Source: a virus (lineage: Duplodnaviria > Caudoviricetes). From it: DNA of 33,465 bases. Shown in pieces: positions 17,009-26,317 of this stretch. The stretch is taken from IMG/VR virus record IMGVR_UViG_3300048855_000197, positions 1-33,465 of that record; one strand, given 5' to 3'. Position numbers and translations under genes: made by a program. Below the pieces are notes generated by a model. That model searched no databases. It worked only from the letters and a program-made list of their open reading frames with translations, and was not told the origin of the DNA. Position 1 is the first letter of the stretch. Each line of letters begins with the position of its first letter.

Positions 17009-19138
17009 ATGGCCAAGATTTCCGCACTGCCCGAGATCGTAGCGCCTACCGGCACCGAAACCGTGCCGGTCATCGTCGACGGCACGACGAAGCGCGCGCG
17101 CCTCAAGCCGCTCGTCGATGCTGCCGCAGAAGCGTCCGTCAAAGAGGTCAGCCGTGTTGCCCGGGGGCCGTCGTATCAGGATACCAACCCGAACTTCTTC
17201 ACGCGCCGCGAACTGGCCTTCGCTGATCTGACCCGCCAAGTGCTCGCGACCGGCTTTTCGGTGACCGAGGCGAGCGGCGCGCCCGCTGGCAAGCTGAGGG
17301 TCGTTGGTGGCAGCGGGACGAACGCACGTTGCGTCTATCGCTTCCCGGCCGGTTTGTTGAAGGGCGCCGCCACGTTAGCGGCATCCGTCGAAATCGCCGC
17401 ACTGGGTGGGAACGCCAGCGGCGGCTCGGTAAACTTCACCGTCAGCCAGAAAAGGGCTGATGGCAGCCTTATCACTGAGCAAGTGGTATCCATGCTGGGC
17501 GCAGCAGGGCTCGCTTCAAGTCAGACCTTCGGCGCGGGACCGATCACCCGCGAGCCAGCGTGTGCATTCATTGATGTCGACATAACGGCCAGTTCGTTTT
17601 CGAGTGGCACGCGCGAGCTTCTGTTCCGTTCGATGCTGCTGGCATCCGGGGGTGAATACGGGTTTCGCCAACCGCCTATCGATCCTGCCAGCCCAGCGGA
17701 CACCGCAGCAGGAACGGATGAGATCAAGTATGTAACGCCCGCCGGACTGCGGCAGACGGCAGCCACGATGATCGACAACAGGCTGGTCGAGGCCGGGCTG
17801 ACGCCGGACATCGTCGATTTCATCATTCAGAAGTCGGCATTTGACATCCCGGCAGCGCTGAAGTGGCCTGCGCGCTGGCCCAAGACGGTGATTGGCCCGC
17901 TTCTGTCGGGAGGCTTCGACTTCTACAGAGCGCGGGCTTTGGCGCGTTCAGTTGTGCCACCCGAAACCTGGACGGTGCCGGCAATCCATATCGATCCCGA
18001 TGGCGGGAACAACGCCAACACCGGCGCAACGATGGCGGCAGCGTTCAAGACGGTTCCTGCTGCCGTCGCTGCTGGCATTGCCAGGGGCGGGCCAATCCAT
18101 CTGGTCCTCAAGGCTGGCGCGGTCATGCCGCGTGCAAGCGGGTTTACCAATGTAGCTTGGGGCTCCCTGGCCGTGCCGCTGGCTTGCACGGTGGAGGGTG
18201 GAGGCCGGGCGGTATCGAGCAACCACGACGTGCTGACGTGGGCTGTCGATCCGACCTATCCCAATCTTTGGTCTGCTACCCGATCCAGCGCCGGTAAGGT
18301 TTTCGATCCATCCAACGCCGATGCGGATGGCGTTTACGCGCGCTACACGCCCTACGCTACGCCTGCCGCGCTCAATGCCGCGGGCGCGGTGACGGGGTAC
18401 GCGTCGGACGCGACCAAGGTTTATGCGCGTCGGGCGGACGGGTCGGCTGTTACGAACGCCAATTGCCGAGTGTACCTGGTGGTCGTGAACTTCGAGATGA
18501 CCAACGCCAAGGCGTCGGTCTACCTTGAAGGCATCCGATTTGAAGGTAGCTCCACTGGACCCGTCCATTTCGAGTCCACGGCAGATGTAAATTTCGCGGC
18601 TGTGGATTGCTTTGCGGGCTACACGACCCGTGCGGGCGGCTCGGAGCGCGATGGCTTCCGCATCCGCAACATCGGCGGCCTGACGCTCCTGGTCAATTGC
18701 ATCGCAGCGGAGATCGACAAGGACGGCTTCAACCAGCACGTCGACATCGGCACCTCCCTCATGCCCGGTGTCTACGTCAACCCGAAGGCGCGCCGCATCG
18801 GCACGACGGAGGGCGGGTCCAAGAACGCTTTCACGCTGCACGAGACAGCACGCGCGATCGTCATCAACCCCGACTTCCCTGCGACCATCAACGGTTCGAC
18901 GATCGCCAACGTCGGAGACAGCAAGTGCATCGTCTTCGGGGGATCTGTTCGCGCCGGTCCCGACACTGGCGCTCTCAATGGCGCGGTTGCACTCACCGAC
19001 AACGCTGAGATTTGGTTCGTGGGGACCGAGATCGTCGGCGACATTGTCGTGGCCGACAACACCACGGTTTACCTGCGGGACGTGCGCCACACTGGTAGCG
19101 TCAAAGCGAGCGGAGCCGGTAGGGTCGTGGCGTTCTGA
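17009..19138 (+). CDS. tailspike / second receptor-binding protein with probable beta-helix (depolymerase-like) domain
   Basis: MAKISALP N-terminus, VTPAGL fibre repeat, HIDPDGGNNANTG..AAFKTV, repeated DGFRIRN/DGFNQH/NAFTLH beta-helix-like turns. Confidence 0.72.
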   Translation: MAKISALPEIVAPTGTETVPVIVDGTTKRARLKPLVDAAAEASVKEVSRVARGPSYQDTNPNFFTRRELAFADLTRQVLATGFSVTEASGAPAGKLRVVGGSGTNARCVYRFPAGLLKGAATLAASVEIAALGGNASGGSVNFTVSQKRADGSLITEQVVSMLGAAGLASSQTFGAGPITREPACAFIDVDITASSFSSGTRELLFRSMLLASGGEYGFRQPPIDPASPADTAAGTDEIKYVTPAGLRQTAATMIDNRLVEAGLTPDIVDFIIQKSAFDIPAALKWPARWPKTVIGPLLSGGFDFYRARALARSVVPPETWTVPAIHIDPDGGNNANTGATMAAAFKTVPAAVAAGIARGGPIHLVLKAGAVMPRASGFTNVAWGSLAVPLACTVEGGGRAVSSNHDVLTWAVDPTYPNLWSATRSSAGKVFDPSNADADGVYARYTPYATPAALNAAGAVTGYASDATKVYARRADGSAVTNANCRVYLVVVNFEMTNAKASVYLEGIRFEGSSTGPVHFESTADVNFAAVDCFAGYTTRAGGSERDGFRIRNIGGLTLLVNCIAAEIDKDGFNQHVDIGTSLMPGVYVNPKARRIGTTEGGSKNAFTLHETARAIVINPDFPATINGSTIANVGDSKCIVFGGSVRAGPDTGALNGAVALTDNAEIWFVGTEIVGDIVVADNTTVYLRDVRHTGSVKASGAGRVVAF

Positions 19139-19162
19139 TGATCGCCACCGACTAGCGAACTG

Positions 19163-19191
19163 GCAATCGTAGAGTGCGTCTCTACGATTGC
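19163..19191. promoter_or_regulatory. 29-bp palindrome copy 3, upstream of baseplate V
   Basis: GCAATCGTAGAG-tgcgt-CTCTACGATTGC. Confidence 0.75.
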
Positions 19192-19232
19192 GGACCCCGT
19201 GACGCCGCTGCCGGGCCGCGCATGGTCGCTGC

Positions 19233-19772
19233 GTGGCCGAACCTGTCGACACCCCCCGCCTGATTGGCGACCTGCTGCGCGAAGGCGTTGTGATCGAACG
19301 CGTCGGCGCAACGTGCCGCGTCGCCATCGGCGATCTCGAAAGCGGCCCCCTGCCTTGGCTCGCCGGACGTGCTGGCGATGCAACGATCTGGTCGCCGCCC
19401 AGCGCCGGCGAACAGGTGCTGGTACTGACGCCGGAAGGCGACATCGAGCGCGCTATCGTCCTGCCCGGCCTCTACTCCGACGCGAACGCCGCCCCGGCCG
19501 ACGATGGCTCGACCATGTTGCGCTTCGCCGATGGCACGACCATCCACTATGATCCCGCCGAACGTCACCTCAACGCCAGCGTGCCCGGCGGATCCGCGAC
19601 GATCGAAGCCGACGACATCCTACTGCTCGGCTCGGTCACGATCATGGGCGACGTGGAGATTGGCGGCAAGCTCACCGCCAGCGGCGACGTAGTCGGCGCG
19701 GGCAAAAGCCTGAAGGATCACGTTCACACCCGCGTGCAGGCCGGCGGCGCCATCTCGGGGCCGCCGCAATGA
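19233..19772 (+). CDS. baseplate spike protein V
   Basis: LPWLAGRAG...WSPPSAGEQVLVLTPEGD, LPGLYSD, FADGTTIHYD, SLKDHVHTRVQAG (HxH iron site). Confidence 0.95.
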   Translation: MAEPVDTPRLIGDLLREGVVIERVGATCRVAIGDLESGPLPWLAGRAGDATIWSPPSAGEQVLVLTPEGDIERAIVLPGLYSDANAAPADDGSTMLRFADGTTIHYDPAERHLNASVPGGSATIEADDILLLGSVTIMGDVEIGGKLTASGDVVGAGKSLKDHVHTRVQAGGAISGPPQ

Positions 19773-20131
19773 TCGGCATGAACGCCGCCACCGGCAAGCT
19801 GCTAGAAGGCATCGAGCATCTGCGCCAGTCGGTGCAGGACATCCTCGGCACGCCGCTCGGCACCCGTGTCGGCCGGCGCTGGTACGGCTCGCACATCCCC
19901 GAGCTGCTCGATCAGCCGCTGAACGACCGCACGCGCCTGGCGCTGGTCGCCGCCGGCGCGCTCGCCCTGATGCGCCAGGAGCCGCGGATCCGCGCGACCC
20001 GCATCACGGTGGAGGCCGGCGACGTCGTCGGCGCCGCGGTGCTGCGCATCGTGGGCAAGCGCCTCGACGGTCCCCGCCCCGGCGCCCCGCTCACCCTCGC
20101 CATCCCCGTTCTCGCCGCCAGCGCATCCTGA
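19769..20131 (+). CDS. baseplate protein W (GPW/gp25 family)
   Basis: GMNAATGKLLEGIEHLRQSVQDILGTPLGTRVGRRWYGS..LLDQPLN, EPRIR. Confidence 0.95.
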   Translation: MIGMNAATGKLLEGIEHLRQSVQDILGTPLGTRVGRRWYGSHIPELLDQPLNDRTRLALVAAGALALMRQEPRIRATRITVEAGDVVGAAVLRIVGKRLDGPRPGAPLTLAIPVLAASAS

Positions 20132-20142
20132 AAGGACCACCC

Positions 20143-20916
20143 ATGGCCGACCGTTACCACCACGGCATTTCCCTGACCGAAGTCTCCAACGCCACCCGCA
20201 CGATCGCGACCGTTGCCACGGCCGTGATTGGCCTGGTCGCGACTGCGCCCGCTGCCGCCGCCGACGCCTTCCCGCTCGACCGGCCGGTGCTGGTCCGCGA
20301 CCTCGACAGCGCAATCGTAGCGGCCGGCGCCGATGGTACGCTTGCCCAGGCCCTTGCCGCCATTGCGGCCACCGTCCGCGCTCCCGTCGTCGTCGTGCGC
20401 GTCGCACCTGGCGCGGATGCGGCGGCGACGCAGTCCGCGATCATCGGCGCCGACGCGAACGGCCTGCGCACCGGCCTGCAGGCGCTGCTCGGCGCCGAGG
20501 CCGCAACCGGCGTCAAGCCGCGGATCCTCGCCACGCCGGGCCTGGAGAACGAGGACGTCACCACCGCGCTGGCCGAGGTGGCCGAGAAGCTGCGCGCCAT
20601 GGCCTATGCCAAGGCGCTGGGCGAGGACGTTGCCGCTGTCGACGCCTATGCCGCCGGCTTCACCTCGCGCGCGCTGATGCTGCTGTGGCCCGACGTCACG
20701 GTGCGCCGGGCGGACGGCACCACCGTGCCGAGCTTCGCCGCCGCTCATGCCGTCGCGATGCGCGCGCGGATCGACCAGGAGCAGGGCTGGCACAAGACGC
20801 TGTCGAACGTGCCCCTGCCCGGCATCACCGCCGGCACCGGCGTGGTCGGCATCACGCGCGATGTCACTTTCGACATTCAGGATCCCGACTGCGACGCCAA
20901 CGTGCTGAACGCCGCG
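20143..20916 (+). pseudogene. tail sheath protein FI, C-terminally truncated
   Basis: YHHGISLTE..TAVIGLVATA..FPLDRPVL..GVKPRIL..GWHKTLSNV..DANVLNAA, after which similarity stops; the usual GFRFWG C-terminal part is absent. Confidence 0.85.
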
Positions 20917-21016
20917 CGGCCAGCCCGACCTCCAGGCGATGTCCGCCATGTCGCTTGCCGAACTGATGGACTGGCACCGCCTGGCTGCCGAGCGCGCACC
21001 CAAGAAGGAAAAGTAA
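20917..21016 (+). pseudogene. 3' remnant of tail assembly chaperone extension gpE'
   Basis: Frame with stop at 21014-21016 reads GQPDLQAMSAMSLAELMDWHRLAAERAPKKEK, matching the MsLxELMxW..A..R motif of P2 GpE'. Confidence 0.8.
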
Positions 21017-21017
21017 C

Positions 21018-23615
21018 GTGGCCGATCGCGACCTGCGGATCCGCATGCTGCTCGCCGCCAGCGACCGGGTGACCCGCCCGCTGCGCGACATCGCCGGCGG
21101 GTCGCGCGCGGCGACCGAGGCGCTGCGGGGCACCCGCGAACGCCTGCGGGAACTCGATCGCCAGCAGGCGCAGATCCAGGGCTTTCGCACCCTCAAGCTG
21201 GGCATGCGCGAAACCGAGCAGCAGATGCGCTCGGCACAGGCTCGGGTGACCGCGCTAGGCCGCGAGATCGCCCAGACGGCAAATCCGACGCGGGCGATGA
21301 CCCGAGAGTTCGAGAAGGCGCAGCGCGAGGCCGCCCAGCTCGAACGCCAGCACCAAAGCGAATCCACTCAGCTTCGCGAGCTGCGCACCCGCTTGCGCGA
21401 GGCCGGGATCGAGACCCGCGACCTTGCCCGCCACGAGCGGGAGCTGCGCGATCGTGCCCGTGACACCAATCGCGAGCTGTCCGAGCAGGAACGCCACCTG
21501 GAGCGGGTCGCCAACCGCGAGCAGCGCATGGGCGCCGCAAGGGATCGGTTCAGCCGCACCATGGGCACCGCTGGCAACGTGGCGGGCGCCGGCATGGGCA
21601 TGCTCGCGACCGCTGGCGCGATGTCGCTGCCGATCGTTGCCGGTGTGCAGGCGGCGCAGGAATACGAATCCAAGATGACCGACATCGGTCAGAAGGCGAA
21701 CCTCACCCGTGCCGCGACCGCGCACATGGGCGAGGATCTGCTGCGCGCCGCGCGCGCTGCCAACCAGCTGCCCGAGGCGATGCAGGGCGGTGTCGACACG
21801 CTGGCCGGCTTCGGCCTCGATCCACGCCAGGCAACCGCGATGATGCAGCCGATCGGCCGCGCCGCCACCGCCTACAAGGCCGAGATCTCCGACCTCGCTG
21901 CCGCCAGCTTTGCCGCGCACGACAACCTCAAGGTCGCGCTCGACGACACCGGCCGCATGATCGACGCGATGGCCGCCGCGGGCAAGGCGGGCGCGTTCGA
22001 AGTGAAGGACATGGCGCAGTATTTCCCGGCGCTGTCGGCCGTCTACCAGGGGCTGGGACAGACTGGCGTCGCTGCCGGTTCCGACCTCGCCGCGGCGCTC
22101 CAGATCACCCGCAAAGGCGCCGGCGACAGCGCGAGCGCCGCGACCAACCTGGGCAACATCCTTCAGAAGATCACCTCGCCGGCGACCGTGCGCGCGTTCG
22201 CGAAGATGGGCGTGGATCTGCCCAAGGCGCTCAAACGCATGTACGCCGAGGGCAAGACGCCCATCGAGGCGATCTCGGAGCTGACGAACAAGACGTTGGA
22301 GGGCGACCTGTCGCGCCTGGGCTATCTGTTCGAGGATGCCCAGGTGCAGCAGGGCCTGCGCCCGCTCATCCAGAACATGGAGGAATATCGGCGGATCCGC
22401 GGCGAGGCGATGAACGCCAGCGGCACCACCGATACCGACTTCGCCGAGCGCATGCGCGACAGCGCCGAGCAGACCAAGCAGCTCACCGTCAACGCGGCGA
22501 CGCTCGGGATCCAGCTCGGTACCGTCCTGCTGCCGACCGCCAACGATCTGCTCGGCAAGGCGTCCGCCATGGCTGCGCGCCTGGGCGACTGGTCACAGCG
22601 CCATCCGGCGCTGACCAAGGCGATCGTCGTCGGCACTGTGGCGATTACCGCCATGATGGGCGCCGCCGCGCTCCTGACGCTTGCCTATGCCGCGATGATG
22701 GGGCCGATGGCGCTCTTTGGCGCCCTGTCGACCGCGACCGGCATTGCAATGCTGCCGATGATCGGCATCGTCCTGGCCGTCGTCGCGGCCGTCGCCCTGC
22801 TCGCCTATGGCGCGTACCAGGTCTACAACAACTGGGGCGCGATCACCGGATTCTTTGGCGGCATTTGGGAGCGCATCCGCTCGACCTTCACATCGAACTG
22901 GACGTTCATCCGCAACCTGCTGCTGGGCGCCTTGGTCATCTTCATGCCGGTGGTTGCCGCGCTGATGCTGGTCACGAAGGCAGTCTACGACAATTGGGGG
23001 GCGATCCGCTCCGGGTTCATGGCCGGCGTGGCGTTCATCGCAGCCATGGTTCGCCCAATCGTACAGCCGTTGCTGAACGTCCTGGGGTTCCTGGGCGGGC
23101 TCTACCTGCGCTTTTCGCAGATGGGTCTGCACCTGATCCAAGGACTGGGTCGCGGAATCCTCTCCGGCGTCGGTTGGGTGCTGAAGCTCATCACGAACGT
23201 CGCCACGACGCTGGGCGGAGCCTTTGCCAAGGCGATGGGCATTCACTCCCCCTCGCGCGTGTTCATGGCCTACGGCGGCCACCTCATGGCCGGGCTGCAC
23301 AACGGCATCGACAACGACGCCGACGCGCCGGTCGGGCGGATGACGCGCCTGTCGCGCGATCTGACGCAAGCGCTGGCGGTCACCGCCGCGACGCCGGCGC
23401 TGGCGGTTGCCGGCGTCACGCCCGGTACCGGCAGCGCGCCGACGATGGCACGCGCCGCAGCGGCGCCGATGACCGTCACGATCCACATCAACGGCGCGAA
23501 CCGCGACCCGCAGGACATCGCCGCCGCCGTCGAGCAGGCGCTCGCCCGCATTGAGGCCGGACGCCGCGCCGATAGCTATTCGGCCTTTGCCGACCCGCCG
23601 GACTGGAGCGTCTGA
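21018..23615 (+). CDS. tail tape measure protein
   Basis: LRIRMLLAASDRVTRPL N-terminus, coiled coil, AGKAGAFEVKDMAQYFP core, NWGAI repeats, MGIHSPSRVFM. Confidence 0.95.
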   Translation: MADRDLRIRMLLAASDRVTRPLRDIAGGSRAATEALRGTRERLRELDRQQAQIQGFRTLKLGMRETEQQMRSAQARVTALGREIAQTANPTRAMTREFEKAQREAAQLERQHQSESTQLRELRTRLREAGIETRDLARHERELRDRARDTNRELSEQERHLERVANREQRMGAARDRFSRTMGTAGNVAGAGMGMLATAGAMSLPIVAGVQAAQEYESKMTDIGQKANLTRAATAHMGEDLLRAARAANQLPEAMQGGVDTLAGFGLDPRQATAMMQPIGRAATAYKAEISDLAAASFAAHDNLKVALDDTGRMIDAMAAAGKAGAFEVKDMAQYFPALSAVYQGLGQTGVAAGSDLAAALQITRKGAGDSASAATNLGNILQKITSPATVRAFAKMGVDLPKALKRMYAEGKTPIEAISELTNKTLEGDLSRLGYLFEDAQVQQGLRPLIQNMEEYRRIRGEAMNASGTTDTDFAERMRDSAEQTKQLTVNAATLGIQLGTVLLPTANDLLGKASAMAARLGDWSQRHPALTKAIVVGTVAITAMMGAAALLTLAYAAMMGPMALFGALSTATGIAMLPMIGIVLAVVAAVALLAYGAYQVYNNWGAITGFFGGIWERIRSTFTSNWTFIRNLLLGALVIFMPVVAALMLVTKAVYDNWGAIRSGFMAGVAFIAAMVRPIVQPLLNVLGFLGGLYLRFSQMGLHLIQGLGRGILSGVGWVLKLITNVATTLGGAFAKAMGIHSPSRVFMAYGGHLMAGLHNGIDNDADAPVGRMTRLSRDLTQALAVTAATPALAVAGVTPGTGSAPTMARAAAAPMTVTIHINGANRDPQDIAAAVEQALARIEAGRRADSYSAFADPPDWSV

Positions 23616-24004
23616 TGCTGATGTCGCTGGGGATGTTCCCCTTCTCGCTCGACACCCTCGCGCACGAGGATCTGTCGCGCCGCACCGCCTGGCGCCATGC
23701 GACGTCACAGCGCATCGGCCAGCGCGATGCTACGCAATATGTCGGCCCTGGCGAGGAAACGGTCTCGATCGCCGGCACCGCCTATGCCGCGTTGAGCGAT
23801 GGCCGCCTAAGCCTCGACCAGCTGCGCACGATGGCGGACAGCGGCGACGCCTGGCCGCTGGTCGACGGCGCCGGCATGATCTTCGGCGCCTTCGTCATCC
23901 AAACGCTGGACGAACGGCACAAGGCGCTGTTCGCCGATGGCACCCCGCGCGCGATCGACTTCCAGATCGAGCTGCTGCGCGTCGACAGCGAGCAGCCGGC
24001 ATGA
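23615..24004 (+). CDS. tail protein U (P2 gpU)
   Basis: MLMSLGMFPFSL..WRHA..RIG.R..QYVGPGEET..AWPLVDGAG..FADGTPRAIDFQIEL. Confidence 0.95.
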   Translation: MLMSLGMFPFSLDTLAHEDLSRRTAWRHATSQRIGQRDATQYVGPGEETVSIAGTAYAALSDGRLSLDQLRTMADSGDAWPLVDGAGMIFGAFVIQTLDERHKALFADGTPRAIDFQIELLRVDSEQPA

Positions 24005-25023
24005 TCGCCAACATCCCTGACTATCGCGTCGAGGTGGACGGCATCGACGTCACCCCGCGCCTGCGCGACCGCGTGCCGGGCAACGGCAATCGCCCGCGCC
24101 TCATCTCGCTTGGCATCACCGACAAGCGCGGCAGCGAATCCGACCAGCTCGACCTGGTGCTCGATGACAGCGACGGAGCCTTCAACCTGCCGCGCACCGG
24201 CGCGAAGATTCGCGTGCAGCTCGGGTGGAAGCAGGGCAGCGATGTAACGGTCGGCCTGGTCGACAAGGGCACTTTCATCGCGGACGAGGTGTCGCACACC
24301 GGCCCGCCGGACGTGATCACCGTCCGCGCTCGCGCCGCCGACTTCACCGGCGCCATGCGCGTGCGCCGGGAGCGCAGCTGGCGCGGCACCACGCTGGGCG
24401 CGATCGTCGCCGAGGTGGCGCGCGCGCATGGCCTCACGCCCCGCTGCGCGCCCGCCCTGGCGTCGATTGCGGTCACGACCAAGGCACAGAGCCGGGAGAG
24501 CGACCTCGCCTTCCTGCGCCGCCTGGGACGCGACCACGATGCCGCCGCGACCATCAAGCGCGGCAACCTGGTGCTGGCGCCGCTCGGCAAGGCGGCGACG
24601 ATCTCCGGCGTCAACCTGCCGGCGCTGACCATCCACCGCCGCGACGGCGATCGGCACGACTACCAGCTGCAGAAGCAGGAAGAGGTGATCGGCGTCACTG
24701 CCAGCTGGCACGATCGCGGGGCCGCGAAGAAAAAGACGGTGACGGTCGGCAAGACGGATGGCGCGCGCAGGCTGTCCCGCACCTATGCCAACGAAGCCGA
24801 CGCGAGGGCGGCCGCGGCGGCCGAGAGCAGCCGCGCCGCCCGTCAGCCCCGGACGCTGGGGCTGAACCTCGCCTTAGGCCGCGCGGACATCAAGCCGGAA
24901 CAGCCGGTAACCGTCACCGGGTTCAAGCCGGTGATCGACGCCCAGGGCTGGGTAGTCGCCGAGGTGTCCCATACGCTGGGGGATCGAGGATTTCAGACCC
25001 AAGTGATGCTGGAGGCAAGCTGA
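24001..25023 (+). CDS. baseplate hub / late control protein D
   Basis: RLISLGITDKRGSESDQLDLVLDD, LVDKGTFIADEVSHTGPPD, QSRESDLAFLRRLG, GFKPVIDAQGW..V.H. Confidence 0.95.
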   Translation: MIANIPDYRVEVDGIDVTPRLRDRVPGNGNRPRLISLGITDKRGSESDQLDLVLDDSDGAFNLPRTGAKIRVQLGWKQGSDVTVGLVDKGTFIADEVSHTGPPDVITVRARAADFTGAMRVRRERSWRGTTLGAIVAEVARAHGLTPRCAPALASIAVTTKAQSRESDLAFLRRLGRDHDAAATIKRGNLVLAPLGKAATISGVNLPALTIHRRDGDRHDYQLQKQEEVIGVTASWHDRGAAKKKTVTVGKTDGARRLSRTYANEADARAAAAAESSRAARQPRTLGLNLALGRADIKPEQPVTVTGFKPVIDAQGWVVAEVSHTLGDRGFQTQVMLEAS

Positions 25024-25074
25024 CGCAAATGCTCGACGCGGTGACACACCTGAGCCGTCCAAGTTGTCCGCGCA

Positions 25075-25434
25075 TCATGGTGCTTTGGTGAATTTCGTTC
25101 CGCCGATCATACCACCGCCGGAAACCGACACCCAATACTCACGTCCCGGCTGCAGGCGAGGCGCGACGCCGCTCGTCTCGTATCCTGGCACCGCTTCGCC
25201 GTAAGAAAAGGTTGAGCGGCATGGTGCATCGCCTGCCCTCCCTAAAGACCAGATCGGGTCGATCGCTTCCGCCGACGCGTAAACACCAATCTCTCGAACG
25301 CAGGCATCTTCATCGCTCCGTTGCACCGTGAAGGAGATGCGCTCGCCTTGCTGTGCGACGCTAATCTCCGCTTCCTGCTGGCACCCTGTACTCACGATGC
25401 AGGTCAGCAATGCCAAAAGAGCTTTATAGCCCAT
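25075..25434 (-). CDS. hypothetical lipoprotein (candidate immunity protein)
   Basis: MGYKALLALLTCIVSTGC lipobox; overlaps the upstream peptidase gene by 11 nt. Confidence 0.72.
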   Translation of the reverse strand: MGYKALLALLTCIVSTGCQQEAEISVAQQGERISFTVQRSDEDACVREIGVYASAEAIDPIWSLGRAGDAPCRSTFSYGEAVPGYETSGVAPRLQPGREYWVSVSGGGMIGGTKFTKAP

Positions 25435-26155
25435 ACACGCCGCTCCCTTTCAGCCGCTTACGAAGCTCCGCTGCGTTCGCGCGGCCTCTTGCGTCCGATC
25501 TTCGCCGAGCTACCGCATAGTCTCCAACCATTGCAGCCTGACCCTCAAGGGTCTCAGCGTCATAACTTTGAGACCGCTCATCATAATCGTACAGCTTGTC
25601 GTCATCCCACCCCGCCTTCTCTAGTTCTCTGCCATAGCGACCGTAGAAGGGTCCGAAACCAAGTCGGTGATACTGCATGACGTGTGCGTACTCGTGCAGC
25701 ATCATGTTCATACCTTGCGGGGTTCGTGAAAGATCTGAATAGTCGATCTTCTTCAACCACCAACGCAGGTAGATCGTGTTCCCTACCGTAATCGCCGGAT
25801 TCCCGTTGAAGAAGGCACCCAGTGCTACGAAGGAGAGGCCAGGCCCAGGCACGATGCGCACGCGTGACGGATCCGGATTGGCTCCGTACGCTTCGATCAC
25901 CAGACGCCTCTCACCAGGCGTGAGTGGCCTGGCGTGTGGCCCCCGATCCTTATCGGCTACCTTGTTTGCCTCCTCGTGAAGCAGCTTGCCGAGCATCGAC
26001 ATGGTATCCGCAGCTGCCTGCCGAATGTTGGACACCTTTCTTACGGTGGTGCGAACAAGGGCTGCCCCGGTCATCTCCAACGCACGATTCAGTAGGATCC
26101 ACTCCGCTTCCGACAGGATGCGCCCTAACCGCTTGAGCCTCGTAGGCGAGAACAT
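25424..26155 (-). CDS. zinc metallopeptidase-like protein (DUF4157/eCIS-core-like)
   Basis: RPLTPGERRL....RVRI...AITVGNTIY...MMLHEYAHVMQY (HExxH)...LEGQA. Confidence 0.8.
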   Translation of the reverse strand: MFSPTRLKRLGRILSEAEWILLNRALEMTGAALVRTTVRKVSNIRQAAADTMSMLGKLLHEEANKVADKDRGPHARPLTPGERRLVIEAYGANPDPSRVRIVPGPGLSFVALGAFFNGNPAITVGNTIYLRWWLKKIDYSDLSRTPQGMNMMLHEYAHVMQYHRLGFGPFYGRYGRELEKAGWDDDKLYDYDERSQSYDAETLEGQAAMVGDYAVARRRSDARGRANAAELRKRLKGSGVYGL

Positions 26156-26317
26156 CAGTTAGTCTCCGGCAACTGGCCTTTGCCAACTTTCGAAGCCTAA
26201 GCGCGGATCCAGAGAAAGCAAAAAGAAGCGCGACAGTGCCAGAATGCACTACGTTACTCGCCCACCAGGCACGTTTTCCGGATCGTCAGAGCTGGTCCGA
26301 TCAACGCAAGCCGCTAC

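Noticed and set aside
15830-19138. Invertible tail-fibre cassette or diversity-generating retroelement
   Set aside because: No invertase or reverse transcriptase, and no inverted crossover sites or template/variable repeat pair were seen
6074-19191. Three palindromic 29-bp repeats read as a CRISPR array or REP/IS ends
   Set aside because: Copies are 5-8 kb apart and each precedes a late operon; there are no spacers, cas genes or transposase
17948-19444. 498-aa minus-strand ORF
   Set aside because: Antisense to the tailspike and V and crosses the promoter palindrome; composition is typical of a shadow ORF
20311-20320. Half-site GCAATCGTAG of the late palindrome
   Set aside because: Only 10 bp, inside sheath coding sequence (Ala-Ile-Val), with no second arm
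20143-21072. 309-aa ORF as an intact sheath or a programmed frameshift product
   Set aside because: Residues after DANVLNAA are out-of-frame read-through across a deletion junction and overlap the tape-measure start
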